From NCBI GenBank assembly GCA_977020255.1, contig CDROCS010002834.1, positions 186,001 through 250,000 of the forward strand: a stretch of DNA of 64,000 nucleotides. Reading direction: 5' to 3'. Source of the DNA: Obrimoposthia wandeli (taxonomy: Eukaryota). Of the stretch, positions 22,268 to 35,021 are shown piece by piece. A program made the translations under genes and the position numbers. Numbering within the stretch: the stretch's first letter is position 1; the number at the start of each line of letters is the position of its first letter. The notes beneath the pieces are model-generated. The model was not told the DNA's origin and made no database searches. It was given only the letters and a program-made list of their open reading frames with translations.

Positions 22268-22735
22268 ATGAGAGACCATCGCCCTCAAACCCCTGCAAGT
22301 TTGTTGGATGACAAAGGCTTAAACAACATCCAACAACGTGCTATTGCACTGAATAAACTCAACATAGCCGTTAGGCAGCACTTAAATTGTGCTCAATATT
22401 GCCGCGTCAGTAATTATCGTCAAGGCACATTAATTATTGAAACGTCTTCGGCATCATGGTCAATGCGTTTGAATTACGAACGTAATAGTTTGATAATGAA
22501 ATTACGCGAGAAGCTATTACCTCAATTATCCAATATTGAGATTAAAGTGAACCCTGAATTGGCTGCAATACAAAGAGCTAAAGAAGATAAAACGCCAGAT
22601 ATCATTCAAAAGCCAATCAGTGAAATAGCCGAACAACATCTACTTGCTACAGCGGCGAATGCGCCCGAAAAGGTAAAACGCCGACTAGAACGCCTCGCTC
22701 AAATTGCTCGAGATAAGCGTCATCAAAAAGAATAG
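22268..22735 (+). CDS. dciA: DUF721 protein, replicative helicase loader DciA
   Basis: N-terminus MRDHRPQ, CRVSNYRQGTLIIETSSASW...LR, basic C-terminal helix, and position between secA and lpxC. Confidence 0.85.
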   Translation: MRDHRPQTPASLLDDKGLNNIQQRAIALNKLNIAVRQHLNCAQYCRVSNYRQGTLIIETSSASWSMRLNYERNSLIMKLREKLLPQLSNIEIKVNPELAAIQRAKEDKTPDIIQKPISEIAEQHLLATAANAPEKVKRRLERLAQIARDKRHQKE

Positions 22736-22773
22736 AGTGTATCTATATGCGGTAAAAACCGTATTTCAGAGAC

Positions 22774-22803
22774 AAAAAAGCCGAACTGAGTTCGGCTTTT
22801 TTT
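22774..22803. terminator. Bidirectional terminator for dciA and lpxC
   Basis: AAAAAAGCCGAAC-TGA-GTTCGGCTTTTTTT. Confidence 0.92.
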
Positions 22804-22826
22804 AAATTCTTATCGCATTGCGTAAA

Positions 22827-23741
22827 TTACGCTAACACCATTCCTGGTTGAGCAAATGTCACTGGCACTTCCTCGTCTTGGAACGTTGCCCATTCATACG
22901 CTTCTTGATCGGCTAATACTGCACGCAATAATTGGTTGTTAAGTGCATGGCCTGATTTATAAGCACGCATTTCACCAATAATATTATGACCACACATGTA
23001 AAGATCGCCAATAGCATCCAATACTTTGTGCGTAACCAGTTCGTTATCGAAACGCAGACCGTCATCATTAAGAATACGGTAGTCATCCAATACGATAGCA
23101 TTATCGAAACTACCACCCAGAGCTAAATTCTGAGATTGTAAGTATTCAATATCACGCATGAAGCCAAAGGTTCGTGCACGACTTATGTCTTTAATGAATG
23201 ACTGACTCGAAAAATCGAGTACTAAGCGTTGCTGATCGGCATCAATTGCAGGGTGATTAAAGTCGATAGCAAAATCTAACCGGAAGCCATTAAATGGAAC
23301 AAGCTCTGCCCATTTATCTCCATCTTCAATACGTACTGGTTTTTTAATACGTAGAAAACGCTTAGGCGCATTCAATGTATCAATACCTGCAGATTGAAGC
23401 AGATAAATAAACGGACTCGCACTACCGTCCATAATTGGAATTTCAGGTGCATCAACTTCGATAATAACGTTATCAATGCCCATGCCTGCTAATGCGGCAT
23501 TTAGGTGCTCAACGGTTGAGATACGCACGCCATCCTCGTTAACGAGGGCGGTACATAACATGGTATCACGCACAGAATTCGCATCTGCAGGGAAATCTAC
23601 AGGTGGATTTAAATCTGTACGGCGATAAATCACGCCAGTATTTGCTGCGGCAGGACGCAGAATAAGCGTCACTTTACGCCCAGAGTGGAGGCCCACACCA
23701 GTCGTTTGCACTATGCTTTTAAGTGTACGTTGTCTGATCAT
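22827..23741 (-). CDS. lpxC: UDP-3-O-acyl-N-acetylglucosamine deacetylase
   Basis: [21 protein letters not shown] and HKVLDAIGD Zn motifs. Confidence 0.98.
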   Translation of the reverse strand: MIRQRTLKSIVQTTGVGLHSGRKVTLILRPAAANTGVIYRRTDLNPPVDFPADANSVRDTMLCTALVNEDGVRISTVEHLNAALAGMGIDNVIIEVDAPEIPIMDGSASPFIYLLQSAGIDTLNAPKRFLRIKKPVRIEDGDKWAELVPFNGFRLDFAIDFNHPAIDADQQRLVLDFSSQSFIKDISRARTFGFMRDIEYLQSQNLALGGSFDNAIVLDDYRILNDDGLRFDNELVTHKVLDAIGDLYMCGHNIIGEMRAYKSGHALNNQLLRAVLADQEAYEWATFQDEEVPVTFAQPGMVLA

Positions 23742-23813
23742 CTGCTTATATCTCAACTGTTTTCTAGCTAATCATTTTCTCATCATCCTGCTACAGGCAG
23801 GAAATGGTCAGAA

Positions 23814-23822
23814 ATAATACCA
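23814..23822 (-). promoter_or_regulatory. Candidate extended -10 promoter of lpxC
   Basis: TGgTATTAT on the minus strand in the ftsZ-lpxC gap. Confidence 0.45.
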
Positions 23823-23855
23823 TAATTCTGGTTATTTCCCAAACAATTTACAGAT

Positions 23856-23903
23856 TAGCTATCCAATCATGTACTTATACAATAAGACAATCATGGATAG
23901 CTA
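23856..23903 (-). other. Long stem-loop 3' of ftsZ
   Basis: 10-bp arms TAGCTATCCA/TGGATAGCTA with an inner CTTAT/ATAAG stem. No U tract. Confidence 0.6.
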
Positions 23904-23927
23904 TATCACTGACCTTGTGATCTCTAC

Positions 23928-25106
23928 TTAGTCAGCTTGCTTACGCAAAAATGCTGGTATGTCTAAGTAATCATGATCGGCCTGAGGCTTAGATTTCTGT
24001 GCTGCAGCTGCAGCTGCAGACTGTTGCACGTTACTTTCTGTTGCCACTGATGACTGAATCATTGATGATGATTTAGTATCTTCAACTGGCACAGCAGGTG
24101 TCGCTTGTACTGGCTTAGAAGCTGTTACCAATGTAATTTCTGGCTTAGATTCTTTACCAATACCTGTTGCAACAACCGTTACACGTAGCTCGTCGCTCAT
24201 GTCTGGGTCAAGTGAAGTACCGATAACAACTGTTGCGTTATCTGATGCAAACGCTTTCACGGTATTACCGACGGTCTCAAATTCGTCAAGACGCATATCT
24301 AGACCAGCAGTGATGTTAACAAGCACACCACGAGCACCAGCTAGATCGATATCTTCAAGTAACGGACTAGAAATTGCCATTTCAGCGGCTTCTTCAGCAC
24401 GATCATCACCAGTAGCTACGCCACTGCCCATCATCGCATGGCCCATTTCAGACATCACTGTACGAACATCGGCGAAATCGACATTGATCATACCAGGGCG
24501 CGTAATTAGCTCTGCAATACCCTGAACGGCATTTTTAAGAACATCATTCGCCTTAGCAAAGGCATCTAATAACGTAATGCCACGACCAAGTACTTTCAGC
24601 AACTTTTCATTTGGAATCGTGATTAAAGAATCAACATGCTTAGAAAGCTCTTCGATACCTTGCTCAGCAAAAGCCATTCGCTTCTTACCTTCAAAGCTAA
24701 ATGGTTTGGTCACCACCGCTACAGTAAGAATACCCAGCTCTTTTGCTACTTCAGCAATAATTGGTGCCGCACCAGTACCAGTGCCTCCACCCATGCCGGC
24801 CGCGATAAAGATCATGTCAGAACCTTCAAGTTCTGCCTTGATCGCTTCGCGATCTTCCAGTGCCGAATCACGGCCCACTTGTGGGTTTGCACCGGCACCC
24901 AGACCTTTAGTGATATCACCACCAATCTGAATAACAGTACTTACACTGGTTTTACGAAGTGCCTGAGCATCAGTATTAACACTGATGAACTGAACGCCTT
25001 CAATCGATTCACGTACCATGTGATCGACAGCATTACCACCACCGCCGCCAACGCCAATGACCTTAATAACAGCTTCATCAGACATTTCCATCATCGGTTC
25101 AAACAT
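23928..25106 (-). CDS. ftsZ: Cell division protein FtsZ
   Basis: GGGTGTG tubulin motif and C-terminal [14 protein letters not shown]. Confidence 0.99.
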   Translation of the reverse strand: MFEPMMEMSDEAVIKVIGVGGGGGNAVDHMVRESIEGVQFISVNTDAQALRKTSVSTVIQIGGDITKGLGAGANPQVGRDSALEDREAIKAELEGSDMIFIAAGMGGGTGTGAAPIIAEVAKELGILTVAVVTKPFSFEGKKRMAFAEQGIEELSKHVDSLITIPNEKLLKVLGRGITLLDAFAKANDVLKNAVQGIAELITRPGMINVDFADVRTVMSEMGHAMMGSGVATGDDRAEEAAEMAISSPLLEDIDLAGARGVLVNITAGLDMRLDEFETVGNTVKAFASDNATVVIGTSLDPDMSDELRVTVVATGIGKESKPEITLVTASKPVQATPAVPVEDTKSSSMIQSSVATESNVQQSAAAAAAQKSKPQADHDYLDIPAFLRKQAD

Positions 25107-25139
25107 GTGTTCTCTCCGTTCATCCTGTTCACATCAGGG

Positions 25140-26396
25140 TTAAAATTCTTTTTTAAACCAGCCACTAATTCTAGTAAATAATCCCGAAACTGAACGTTTA
25201 GGTTCTATATCACTGTCATCAAATGCCTGACTGTCCTTTCCGTAATGCAGTAATCCTACTGCCGTTGCAAAATGCGGTGCCTGAACATAGTCAGTTAATC
25301 CATTTAGATCTAAAGGTTGACCTATACGTACTTGATTACGGAAAACCCGTTCAGCACATTCAATCAAACCTTCCATTTGTGAAGCGCCGCCCGTAAGAAC
25401 GATACCTGCAGCCAAATGATGTTTAACACCCGCATCTCGCATTTGATCTTGTATATCTATGAGCTTCTGATTAACCAGCCCTAATAACTCACTGTACCGA
25501 GGCTCTATCACTTCCGCTAAGGTTTGACTTTGTAAACTACGTGATGGTCGACCGCCTACACTAGGAACATCGACTTTCGCATCTTTACTTACCAATTCAC
25601 TTAACGCACAACCGTATTTCACTTTAATTTCTTCAGCATCACCAGGGGGTGTACCAAACGCATAAGCAATATCACTAGTAACAACATTACCTGCATATGG
25701 AATCACTTCTGCGTGACGTAATGCCCCACCAGACCACACCGCTAAATCCATTGTGCCGCCGCCAATATCCACAACACAAACGCCTAACTCACGTTCGTCT
25801 GGGGTTAGCACTGCATAGCTTGCTGCAAGGCCAGAGAAAATTAAGTGATCCACTTTTAGCCCACAACGCTCTACTGCTTTAACAATATTACGCGCCATGT
25901 CATTGTGACAAGTGATCAAATGAACACTGGCTTCCATTCGAACTCCTGATAAACCAACCGGGTTTTTTATCCCCTCTTGATAATCAATAGCAAATTCCTG
26001 AGGAATTACATGTAAAGTTCGGTGTTCATCGCTAATTTTTACTGATTTCGCCGTATGAATAACATTATCGACGTCATCCTGAGTTACCTCTTTATCAGAA
26101 ATAGGCACCATGCCTTTTTCTGTCTGGCAACTAATATGTTTACCTGATAACGACAAGTATACGGAAGATATCTGACAATCTGCCATTAATTCGGCTTGAT
26201 CTACCGCACGTTGAACCGACTTCACAACAGATTCAAGATCATTGACTCCGCCTTTATCCATTCCCCGTGACGGGCTACTGCCCACACCGATAACGTTCAC
26301 ATTGCCATCTGGAAGTACTTCCCCCACCAAAGCACATACTTTGGAGGTACCGATATCAAGACCAACTATGAGTTTTTTATCTGCCGCCTTCGTCAT
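25140..26396 (-). CDS. ftsA: Cell division protein FtsA
   Basis: VGLDIGTSK, VVDIGGGT and the C-terminal amphipathic RISGWFKKEF. Confidence 0.98.
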   Translation of the reverse strand: MTKAADKKLIVGLDIGTSKVCALVGEVLPDGNVNVIGVGSSPSRGMDKGGVNDLESVVKSVQRAVDQAELMADCQISSVYLSLSGKHISCQTEKGMVPISDKEVTQDDVDNVIHTAKSVKISDEHRTLHVIPQEFAIDYQEGIKNPVGLSGVRMEASVHLITCHNDMARNIVKAVERCGLKVDHLIFSGLAASYAVLTPDERELGVCVVDIGGGTMDLAVWSGGALRHAEVIPYAGNVVTSDIAYAFGTPPGDAEEIKVKYGCALSELVSKDAKVDVPSVGGRPSRSLQSQTLAEVIEPRYSELLGLVNQKLIDIQDQMRDAGVKHHLAAGIVLTGGASQMEGLIECAERVFRNQVRIGQPLDLNGLTDYVQAPHFATAVGLLHYGKDSQAFDDSDIEPKRSVSGLFTRISGWFKKEF

Positions 26397-26411
26397 TAGC
26401 GCACGCTCTTA

Positions 26412-27173
26412 TTATTGTTCAGGAACAATTTTCCAACCCACAGCTGCGCCAATATCATAGCGCAAATCTACGTAATCTATTTCTTTGCCTTGTTTTTCTA
26501 ATTCAGGGTAAAGCCATATAAAACGTTTAAGTCGTTCGATTCGATCTTCTCGACCAAGTTCTAGTCGAATACCATTTGTTAACCAAATACGCCAAGCTCG
26601 ACGCTCATTAAGTGCAAGGGTATCAATTTCAAATCCCGCACGTTGTAATCTGGGCTGCATTTCACGCAACACAGTAAGCTCTTCTTTACTACTACCTTCG
26701 GGACCAGCCAAATTAACCAGTTGTAAATCAGTAACTTGTTGCGCGTCTGCTTTGAATACTTTTCCTTGTTGATTCACCAAATACTGACCATTCCACACAG
26801 CAACAGGTTGGTGCTCAACAAGGTATACTTTTAATGTATCTGGCCACTGCTTTCGTACAGAGGTTTGCGCCACCCAAGGTAATGCCTCAAGTGCTGCTTG
26901 AATATCATCGACATCTTGCGTCATGAAACTGCTTAGATGATCAAGATGCCATATCGCCTGACGCACATCATCCGTCGTCAAGTAATCCAAATCACCCTGA
27001 ATAACCAGTTGTGACAAGGGTAAACGGTTTGCATCTGTCATCCAGTTCAACGCGGCGCTAACCAGCCACACAGTGAAACCTATGACAAAAAGAAAAAACG
27101 CCAATCCCCCCCAGCGTTTCATTACAACTGAAGGTGAAAGCAAGCTTATTCTTTTGACGACTGCTTCAGTCAT
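26412..27173 (-). CDS. ftsQ: Cell division protein FtsQ
   Basis: Single TM, POTRA domain (LPWVAQTSVRKQWPD) and YVDLRYDIGAAVGW. Confidence 0.95.
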   Translation of the reverse strand: MTEAVVKRISLLSPSVVMKRWGGLAFFLFVIGFTVWLVSAALNWMTDANRLPLSQLVIQGDLDYLTTDDVRQAIWHLDHLSSFMTQDVDDIQAALEALPWVAQTSVRKQWPDTLKVYLVEHQPVAVWNGQYLVNQQGKVFKADAQQVTDLQLVNLAGPEGSSKEELTVLREMQPRLQRAGFEIDTLALNERRAWRIWLTNGIRLELGREDRIERLKRFIWLYPELEKQGKEIDYVDLRYDIGAAVGWKIVPEQ

Positions 27174-27261
27174 TGTTAATCCGCTTTACCTATCGCAGAG
27201 GAGAGTATTCCTCCTAAGCGTGAACATAATGCCTTTTAGCCCTAACAAGCAAGGTTGGACG

Positions 27262-27290
27262 ATTATACCGACCAACTCGTTGCTCTCCAA
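27262..27290 (-). promoter_or_regulatory. Candidate ftsQAZ sigma70 promoter
   Basis: TTGGAG-17 bp-TATAAT in the murC-ftsQ gap. Confidence 0.6.
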
Positions 27291-27438
27291 CTATTGTTAC
27301 TAGTTTTAGCAACAACAAATGAAATCAATTTTATGTGACGATAATAACTATCTTACTATTGTTGGCAGAATAAACAAAAATAATGCCAAATATCACAAAA
27401 AAAAGCCTGAAAGTTATCATCACCAATAGGTCAAATGA

Positions 27439-28902
27439 CTATTTTTCTCGCATTGTTGCGATATCTAACTGCAAGTCAGCCAACTGACGCGCTATTTTAC
27501 CAACATCACCAGCACCTTGTGTCAGTAGTAAATCATCATTCTGCAGAATATTAGCTAAGATTGATGGTAGATCGTCACTGGTTGGTACAAAAATAGGGTC
27601 AATTTTGCCACGACCACGAATAGTTCTGCACAAAGATCGTCCATCAGCACCTGGAATTGCTACTTCCCCCGCAGAATAAACATCTAACATCAACAAAACA
27701 TCAACCTGTTCCAGTACATGCGCAAAATCTTCATAAAGATCGCGGGTACGGCTATATCGATGAGGCTGGAATATCATAACCAAACGTTTCTTTTCCCAAC
27801 CAGCACGAGCAGCTTGAATCGTGACATCGACTTCACTTGGGTGGTGACCATAGTCATCAACCAACATTACATTGCCGTTACCCGTTTCAAATTCACCAAG
27901 ATTATCGAATCGACGCCCTGTGCCTTGGAATTCTAGTAATGCACGAATGATAGCATCATCATCAACACCTTCTTCGGTAGCAACAGCAACTGCCGCAGTG
28001 GCATTTAGTGCATTATGCTTACCTGGAATATTTAACTTCACATTTAAATCAGGCTTTCCTGCGCGTAAAATAGTGAAGTGCCCCTGATGAGCATGTTGAC
28101 TATATTCAACTATACGAACATCAGCATCATCAGAGAAACCGTACGTTATAATCTGACGTCCAATTCGAGGTAATAATTCTCGTACCACGGGATCATCGAC
28201 ACACATAACGGCCAAACCATAGAAAGGTAAATTATGTAGAAAGTCGATAAATGTTTGTTTTAAGACTTCGAAATCACCGCCGTACGTATCCATATGATCA
28301 GCTTCAATGTTAGTAACAACACTAACCATTGGTTGAAGGTGCAGAAAAGAAGCATCGCTTTCATCTGCTTCAGCAATCAGGTAACGACTACAGCCTAAAC
28401 GCGCATTCGTACCCGCACTTTTCACTAGGCCACCGTTAACAAACGTGGGATCTAAGCCTGCTTCAGAATAAATTTGAGTCATTAATGCCGTGGTTGTCGT
28501 TTTACCGTGTGTTCCTGCAATGGCAATACCATGACGGTAGCGCATTAATTCTGCAAGCATCTCCGCACGGCGAACCACGGGAATACGTACTTCACGAGCA
28601 GCAACAAGCTCTGGGTTGTCTTGAGCAATCGCGGTTGATACAACAACAACACTCGCACCATTCACATTTTCAGCGGCATGCCCAAAAAAGATTTCAGCCC
28701 CTTTTCGGGTTAAACTTTCTGTTACCGCATTTGGCGCAAGATCAGACCCACTAATGCGATAGCCTTCATTCACTAACACTTCTGCAATGCCGCTCATGCC
28801 AGCGCCACCAATCCCAACAAAGTGAATACGTTCAACACGACGCATCTCTGGTACCATTGTTCTAATTTTTGCTAATTGCTGGTTGTCCAGTTTACTCATC
28901 AC
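27439..28902 (-). CDS. murC: UDP-N-acetylmuramate-L-alanine ligase
   Basis: [28 protein letters not shown] and DDYGHHPSE. Confidence 0.98.
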   Translation of the reverse strand: MMSKLDNQQLAKIRTMVPEMRRVERIHFVGIGGAGMSGIAEVLVNEGYRISGSDLAPNAVTESLTRKGAEIFFGHAAENVNGASVVVVSTAIAQDNPELVAAREVRIPVVRRAEMLAELMRYRHGIAIAGTHGKTTTTALMTQIYSEAGLDPTFVNGGLVKSAGTNARLGCSRYLIAEADESDASFLHLQPMVSVVTNIEADHMDTYGGDFEVLKQTFIDFLHNLPFYGLAVMCVDDPVVRELLPRIGRQIITYGFSDDADVRIVEYSQHAHQGHFTILRAGKPDLNVKLNIPGKHNALNATAAVAVATEEGVDDDAIIRALLEFQGTGRRFDNLGEFETGNGNVMLVDDYGHHPSEVDVTIQAARAGWEKKRLVMIFQPHRYSRTRDLYEDFAHVLEQVDVLLMLDVYSAGEVAIPGADGRSLCRTIRGRGKIDPIFVPTSDDLPSILANILQNDDLLLTQGAGDVGKIARQLADLQLDIATMREK

Positions 28903-28914
28903 TCTGTTCTCTTC

Positions 28915-29979
28915 TTATTTTCGTGCCAACGATTTAATAACATCTGCGACGCGTACATCTGCATCCACAATCGCGGCTTCTCGTGCAGCAACAGCCATTT
29001 GCTTTAAGACTTCACGATCTAATTGGTTCAATTCTTCAGCTAGCCCTGCAGCTGTTAAATCCATTTGTTCTATCATTTTTGCTGCCCCACACTGCACTAA
29101 ATGATCAGCATTCAGTGCTTGCTGGCGATCTTTGTGCATAAACGGTACAAAAATAGCGCCAACACCGGCAGCCGATAATTCCGATACGGTTAATGCGCCA
29201 GAGCGGCAAACAACGATGTCAGCCCATGCATACGCAGCGGCAACATCATCGATAAATTCGGTCACTTTATGCGGCACATTGGTGCTCTTAGCATAAGCCT
29301 GTTCTGTAACTTGCTGGCTACCTTTACCCGCTTGATGCCAGATCGTCACTTTGTCACCGAGTAAACCCGCGACTTCAGGTAACGTTTGATTAAGAATTCG
29401 CGCCCCTTGGCTTCCCCCCATAACTAAAATTCGCACTGGACCTTGTCGCTCTGCAAATCGCTCTTTAGGGCTTGCTAGTGACGTCACATCTTGACGGACA
29501 GGATTACCAACAACATCTTGATTAGCAAAGGCGCCTGGAAAGGCCTGTAATACTTTCGCTGCGATACGCGATAGCCATTGATTGGTTAATCCAGCGACCG
29601 CATTCTGCTCATGCAATACAACGGGTACCCCAGATAACCAAGCAGCGACACCACCAGGACCACTCACATAGCCCCCCATGCCTAATACCACGTCAGGCTG
29701 CCAAGCTTTTATGTATTTCCGAGCTTGTAAGATAGCCCCTACGATCTTAAAGGGTGCGGCTAGCAAACGAGTGACTCCTTGCCCACGCAGCCCTTTCACT
29801 TTAATGAAATCAATGTCGATGCCATGTTTAGGCACTAAATCAGCTTCCATACGATCAGCGGTACCTAACCAGCGGATTTCCCAACCTTCTTGTTGCAATT
29901 TTTTTGCCACAGCAAGACCTGGGAAAACATGACCGCCAGTACCACCAGCCATCACGAGTAAGCGTTTATTCTTGTTCAT
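28915..29979 (-). CDS. murG: Lipid II GlcNAc transferase
   Basis: [16 protein letters not shown] and [10 protein letters not shown]. Confidence 0.98.
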   Translation of the reverse strand: MNKNKRLLVMAGGTGGHVFPGLAVAKKLQQEGWEIRWLGTADRMEADLVPKHGIDIDFIKVKGLRGQGVTRLLAAPFKIVGAILQARKYIKAWQPDVVLGMGGYVSGPGGVAAWLSGVPVVLHEQNAVAGLTNQWLSRIAAKVLQAFPGAFANQDVVGNPVRQDVTSLASPKERFAERQGPVRILVMGGSQGARILNQTLPEVAGLLGDKVTIWHQAGKGSQQVTEQAYAKSTNVPHKVTEFIDDVAAAYAWADIVVCRSGALTVSELSAAGVGAIFVPFMHKDRQQALNADHLVQCGAAKMIEQMDLTAAGLAEELNQLDREVLKQMAVAAREAAIVDADVRVADVIKSLARK

Positions 29980-31198
29980 CGTTGTTACTGTCATTTAAAC
30001 CACTGTCATCCAATTCTTCAGATTCGGCCGGACCATACTTGGCAAACAGCCTCTGTTCGTGATCAATACGGAGCAAAATACCGACCGCTGTCGCCATTAC
30101 AAATAAACTCGAACCACCATAACTGATCAAAGGTAAGGTTAATCCTTTTGTGGGTACCATGCCGATTGCGGCACCGACATTCACCAGCGTTTGGAAGGCG
30201 AACCAAAAGCTAAATCCACACGCTAAAAACCCACCAAATAACTGCCCAGACTGTAAACACTTACGTCCGATCAATAATGCTTTAAATACCAATGCAAAAA
30301 TTAATAGCAATACAACCGTAACGCCAATAAGACCTAACTCTTCACCCAATACAGCAAACACAAAGTCCGTGTGTGCTTCCGGTAAATATTCTAATTTTTG
30401 AATGGAGTTACCCAACCCTTGCCCTGTCAGCTCGCCACGCCCAAATGCCATTAATGACTGAGTGAGCTGGTACCCGCTACCAAAGGGATCTTCCCATGGG
30501 TCAAGAAAAGACGTCACTCGACGTAAGCGATAAGGTTCGAAAACAATCAAAAGGCCAATGCCTAACAGAGCACCAGAAATCATGACTAAAAATTGCCAAA
30601 GCTTAGCCCCAGCAATAAACAACATACCCACGGTGGTAACGAACATTACAACAAATGAACCTAAATCAGGTTGCATTAACAATAGAAAAGCGAGAACACC
30701 CAGCACAGCAAGTGGCTTTATAAAGCCAACGAAGCTGGCACGGACTTGACTATATTGGCGGACTAAATACCCCGCCAAAAAAATAAACAATGAGAGTTTG
30801 GCAACTTCAGCAGGTTGTAGATTAAAAATCCCTAATGGAATCCAGCGAGCCGCACCATTCACCGAACGACCGATAAGCAGAACGATAATAAGTAATACAA
30901 TCGACAGAAATAACATTGGCACGCTGAATTGCTTCCAACGTGATAATGGAACTTGTACGACCCCAGCAATGATGACTAAAGAACAAACAAGAAAAAAGGC
31001 ATGTCGTAGTGCAAAATAAAAAGGGATACCCGTTAAGCGTGTCGCAACAGGCACAGAAGCTGATGTCACAATCACCAGGCCAGTGACCATTAGAAATAAT
31101 GCAATCCAAACTAATTGGCGATCATACAAACACGGTGCAGGGGGTTTCGTTAACCACTCACTGATCGTTGAAGCGCCATGTTTAGCTTGGCTTAGCAT
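29966..31198 (-). CDS. ftsW: SEDS peptidoglycan glycosyltransferase FtsW
   Basis: [16 protein letters not shown] and YLPEAHTDF. Start uncertain by a few codons. Confidence 0.97.
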   Translation of the reverse strand: MLSQAKHGASTISEWLTKPPAPCLYDRQLVWIALFLMVTGLVIVTSASVPVATRLTGIPFYFALRHAFFLVCSLVIIAGVVQVPLSRWKQFSVPMLFLSIVLLIIVLLIGRSVNGAARWIPLGIFNLQPAEVAKLSLFIFLAGYLVRQYSQVRASFVGFIKPLAVLGVLAFLLLMQPDLGSFVVMFVTTVGMLFIAGAKLWQFLVMISGALLGIGLLIVFEPYRLRRVTSFLDPWEDPFGSGYQLTQSLMAFGRGELTGQGLGNSIQKLEYLPEAHTDFVFAVLGEELGLIGVTVVLLLIFALVFKALLIGRKCLQSGQLFGGFLACGFSFWFAFQTLVNVGAAIGMVPTKGLTLPLISYGGSSLFVMATAVGILLRIDHEQRLFAKYGPAESEELDDSGLNDSNNDEQE

Positions 31199-32535
31199 GC
31201 CTTTGCTCCTGCAACACAATGCTGTAAAGCTTTTGCTTGTTCAACGAATACATCACCTCGTGCCATAAAATTGGGGAATTGATCGAAGCTAGCACACGCT
31301 GGCGACAATAAGATCATGTCGCCTTTTTGCGCGGTATCTGCAGCTATTGCCATTGCTTGAGCCATTGTCTCAATACAAATAGGCGCATCAACCAACGACA
31401 TAAACTGGTTACCATCCCGGCCAAAACAGTAAAGCTGTACATTTAAGTCAGCCAAAACAGGCTTTAGTTCCGAAAAATCTGCCCCTTTTCCATCACCGCC
31501 AACCAGCAGGTGCAACTTGCCCGGTAAGTTTAATCCTTTAAGCGCGGCTAACGTACTGGCTAAATTCGTTGCTTTTGAATCATTCACCCATTTAACGTCA
31601 TGCTGATTTACCACTAACTGACAGCGATGTGCTAAACCGTTATAACGCTGTAAAGCACAGCAGGCTGATTGATGATCGATGTTAACCGCATCAGCCAATG
31701 CTAATGCCGCTAAACTATTCGCGACATTATGTCGCCCCACCAACGCAATATCACTGGTCTTCATGATTGGTTGTTCGTCTACGGCTAAAAACTCTTCCCC
31801 GTGTAACGTCACCAAACCGTAATCTTGGTTATCAAATCCAAAGCTGGTGATTTTATGGTTGAAACTGGTCGGTAACGTAGCCAGATCATCACGGTTATAT
31901 ACCGCTAATGCTGCATGCTCAAAGATTCGCATTTTTGCCAAGCTATAATCTTCTAGCCCGTTATAGCGATCCATGTGATCTTCAGAAAGATTAAGGTATA
32001 CAGCGGCTTTTAACTGTAACGATGAGGTTGTCTCAAGTTGAAAGCTGGATAGTTCAAGCACATACAAGTCATGCTCGTTTGCTAACATATCTAACGCTGC
32101 AAAGCCGATGTTGCCACCGACCCCCACATTGATATTGGCTTCTTTTGCCATTTCACCAATCAGGCTTGTTACCGTACTCTTACCATTTGATCCTGTAATC
32201 GCCACAACAGGCTTTGTTACAGCACGGGCAAAGAGCTCAATATCACCGACGATTTCAATACCTGCAGCTTTAGCAGCCACTAGCTCAGGCGTTGCCAGCG
32301 CAATGCCAGGGCTCGCAACAATCAAATCTGCCTCTAACAGCCAATTCATATTCCATTGCCCTGCACATAGCGCAACGCTAGAAGGTAGTTTATCTTGCCC
32401 AGGCGGTGTTGCGCGGGTATCAATCACTTTGATATCACAATCGCCAGTTTGACGTAGCCAGAAATTAACAACCGACAGGCCTGTCATCCCTAAACCAATC
32501 ACAACAACCTTTTTCACACCACCTAAGCCATTCAT
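31192..32535 (-). CDS. murD: UDP-MurNAc-L-Ala:D-Glu ligase
   Basis: [27 protein letters not shown] and [11 protein letters not shown]. Confidence 0.97.
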   Translation of the reverse strand: MNGLGGVKKVVVIGLGMTGLSVVNFWLRQTGDCDIKVIDTRATPPGQDKLPSSVALCAGQWNMNWLLEADLIVASPGIALATPELVAAKAAGIEIVGDIELFARAVTKPVVAITGSNGKSTVTSLIGEMAKEANINVGVGGNIGFAALDMLANEHDLYVLELSSFQLETTSSLQLKAAVYLNLSEDHMDRYNGLEDYSLAKMRIFEHAALAVYNRDDLATLPTSFNHKITSFGFDNQDYGLVTLHGEEFLAVDEQPIMKTSDIALVGRHNVANSLAALALADAVNIDHQSACCALQRYNGLAHRCQLVVNQHDVKWVNDSKATNLASTLAALKGLNLPGKLHLLVGGDGKGADFSELKPVLADLNVQLYCFGRDGNQFMSLVDAPICIETMAQAMAIAADTAQKGDMILLSPACASFDQFPNFMARGDVFVEQAKALQHCVAGAKAC

Positions 32536-33618
32536 TTATCGAACCTTCAATGTTGCCAAAGCAATCAATACTAGCATTAACGTAATGATCCAAAAGCGCA
32601 CAATAACACGAGGTTCAGGCCAACCTTTCAGCTCGTAATGGTGATGAATCGGTGCCATACGGAAAATACGCTGTCCGCGAAGTTTGTAAGAGCCCACCTG
32701 TAAAATGACAGAAACGGTTTCCATTACAAATACACCGCCCATGATCACTAAGAGCAATTCTTGACGTACTAATACTGCAATTGTCCCTAATGCACCGCCT
32801 AACGCTAATGAACCTACATCGCCCATAAAGACTTGTGCAGGGTAAGTGTTAAACCACAAGAAGCCTAAACCAGCCCCCACAATTGCGGTACATAAGACCA
32901 CCAGTTCACTGGTATCTTTGAGATAAGGAATGTGCAGGTATTCTGCAAAGTTGACGTTACCTGTAGCCCAAGCAATAAATGCCATACCACCAGCAACCAT
33001 CACTGTAGGCATGATAGCTAAACCGTCAAGACCATCCGTCAAGTTAACCGCATTACTGGTACCCACGATAACAAAGTAGGTTAATACGATATAAAGCAAA
33101 CCGAGTTGCGGCATAACGTCTTTGAAGAAAGGCACAACTAATTGAGTGGCTGCGGTATCTTTACCGTGCATATACAAGGCAAAAGCAACAACCAGTGCAA
33201 TAACGGATTGCCAGAAATATTTCCAACGGGCAATAAGACCATCAGAGTTCTTGTGCACCACTTTACGGTAATCATCAACAAACCCGACAACGCCATAACC
33301 TAGCATGACGGCAAGCACAGCCCAAATGTAAGGGTTTGATAAATCAGTCCACAATAACGTTGTTATCGTAATCGCAGCCAAAATCATGATGCCGCCCATC
33401 GTTGGCGTACCACGCTTGCTGAAATGAGATTCTGGTCCATCATTACGGACAATCTGCCCAATTTGCAGCATTTGCAAACGCGCAATAAGGCGTGGCCCCA
33501 TCCATAACGACAGTATCAATGCTGTCAATACGCTCATAATGGCGCGGAAAGTCAGATATTCAAATAATCTGAAAAAAGGATATGATGGTTCTAGTAAATC
33601 GGCTAACCAATAAATCAT
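32536..33618 (-). CDS. mraY: Phospho-MurNAc-pentapeptide transferase
   Basis: [22 protein letters not shown] and [10 protein letters not shown]. Confidence 0.98.
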   Translation of the reverse strand: MIYWLADLLEPSYPFFRLFEYLTFRAIMSVLTALILSLWMGPRLIARLQMLQIGQIVRNDGPESHFSKRGTPTMGGIMILAAITITTLLWTDLSNPYIWAVLAVMLGYGVVGFVDDYRKVVHKNSDGLIARWKYFWQSVIALVVAFALYMHGKDTAATQLVVPFFKDVMPQLGLLYIVLTYFVIVGTSNAVNLTDGLDGLAIMPTVMVAGGMAFIAWATGNVNFAEYLHIPYLKDTSELVVLCTAIVGAGLGFLWFNTYPAQVFMGDVGSLALGGALGTIAVLVRQELLLVIMGGVFVMETVSVILQVGSYKLRGQRIFRMAPIHHHYELKGWPEPRVIVRFWIITLMLVLIALATLKVR

Positions 33619-35021
33619 TGCGTATCTTCCTGCAGCGCTGCAATCACGTCTTCCATTCGAGAACTACGTGCACCTTTTGCTAACACTGTTACCTCTTGGT
33701 AATGTTGTTGATTAATATTACGCTGGTGAAGTTGCGCTTGTAATTGTTCGATTAATTCTGATTTATCTGCAAAGTGCTGCCCTTGATTTAAGTCACTAAC
33801 CACTGCACTCGCACAACCGAATGTGAATACCTTATCTAAGGCTTTTGTCATGGCGTATTCTGCCACTTCACGGTGTAAGCTTGCACTGTCTTCACCCAGT
33901 TCAGCCATATCACCAAGCACAAACCAACGTTGCCCTGTAAAAGATGCTAATAGATCAATTGCAGCTTTAACCGAAGCAACACTCGCGTTATAGGTATCAT
34001 CGATTAAACGCAAACCGTCACGAGGATAGCTCACATCCACCCGACCTTTTACGTTGACCACTTGCTCAAGCCCTGCTTTCACTTGTTCTAACGTTGCACC
34101 AACCGTCATCGCTAACGCTGCTGCGGCAAGCGCATTAGACACATTGTGAGTACCCGCTAACGTTAACGTTATATCCGTTGTGCCTACAGGGGTACACATT
34201 GTAAAACAAGCTCGCCCTTCAGAGTTAATAAAAATATCAATTGCAGAGAAATCTGCATCAATATCCGTTAATGAAAAGGTTTTTACCACATGTTGAGCTA
34301 AAAGTGGCTGCCACATCGCGATATCATTGGAGTCTACATTAATGATGGCAGTACTTAAGCCTGAATCATTTAAGGGAGCGGTTAACCCTTCAAAGATTTC
34401 ACCTTTGGCTTTTGCAACGCCAGCGAGCGAGCCAAACCCTTCAAGGTGCGCCGCTGCAAGGTTATTGATCAAGGCGACTTGAGGTTTGACTAAATGGGTG
34501 GTGTAGGCGATTTCTTTTTGATGGTTAGCACCCAATTCGATAACGGCAAATTCATGCTCTGGGGTTAAACGTAATAATGTCAGTGGTACACCGATGTCAT
34601 TATTGAAGTTCCCCGCCGTGGCTAATACATTACCTTTTTGGCTTAAAATTTCGGCAGCCATCTCTTTAACTGTCGTTTTGCCACAACTACCCGTTAGTGC
34701 CATTGTTTTCAAACCATGGTGTTGCTCCATGTTCTGCTTTAGCCATGCACCGAGTAACCCTAGCGCTTGATGCGTGTCTTTAACCACTAACTGGGGCAGA
34801 TCAACAGGTAAGTGACGACTCACTAATAATGCGGCAGCGCCGTTATCCATTGCATTTTGACAAAAGTCATGGGCATCGAAACGCTCACCTTTTAATGCAA
34901 TAAACAAGGTATGAGCAGAGACAGTGCGTGTATCTGTCGAGACATGGGCAATAGTGATATCGTTGCCGATTAACTCTGCACCTAAGACATCAGCCAATTG
35001 CGCTAACTGAACCTCTATCAT
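33615..35021 (-). CDS. murF: UDP-MurNAc-tripeptide:D-Ala-D-Ala ligase
   Basis: [27 protein letters not shown] and GDMAELG. Confidence 0.97.
   Translation of the reverse strand: MIEVQLAQLADVLGAELIGNDITIAHVSTDTRTVSAHTLFIALKGERFDAHDFCQNAMDNGAAALLVSRHLPVDLPQLVVKDTHQALGLLGAWLKQNMEQHHGLKTMALTGSCGKTTVKEMAAEILSQKGNVLATAGNFNNDIGVPLTLLRLTPEHEFAVIELGANHQKEIAYTTHLVKPQVALINNLAAAHLEGFGSLAGVAKAKGEIFEGLTAPLNDSGLSTAIINVDSNDIAMWQPLLAQHVVKTFSLTDIDADFSAIDIFINSEGRACFTMCTPVGTTDITLTLAGTHNVSNALAAAALAMTVGATLEQVKAGLEQVVNVKGRVDVSYPRDGLRLIDDTYNASVASVKAAIDLLASFTGQRWFVLGDMAELGEDSASLHREVAEYAMTKALDKVFTFGCASAVVSDLNQGQHFADKSELIEQLQAQLHQRNINQQHYQEVTVLAKGARSSRMEDVIAALQEDTQ

Noticed and set aside
27174-27438. ddlB pseudogene
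   Set aside because: I saw no Ddl-like peptide fragments in the AT-rich gap.
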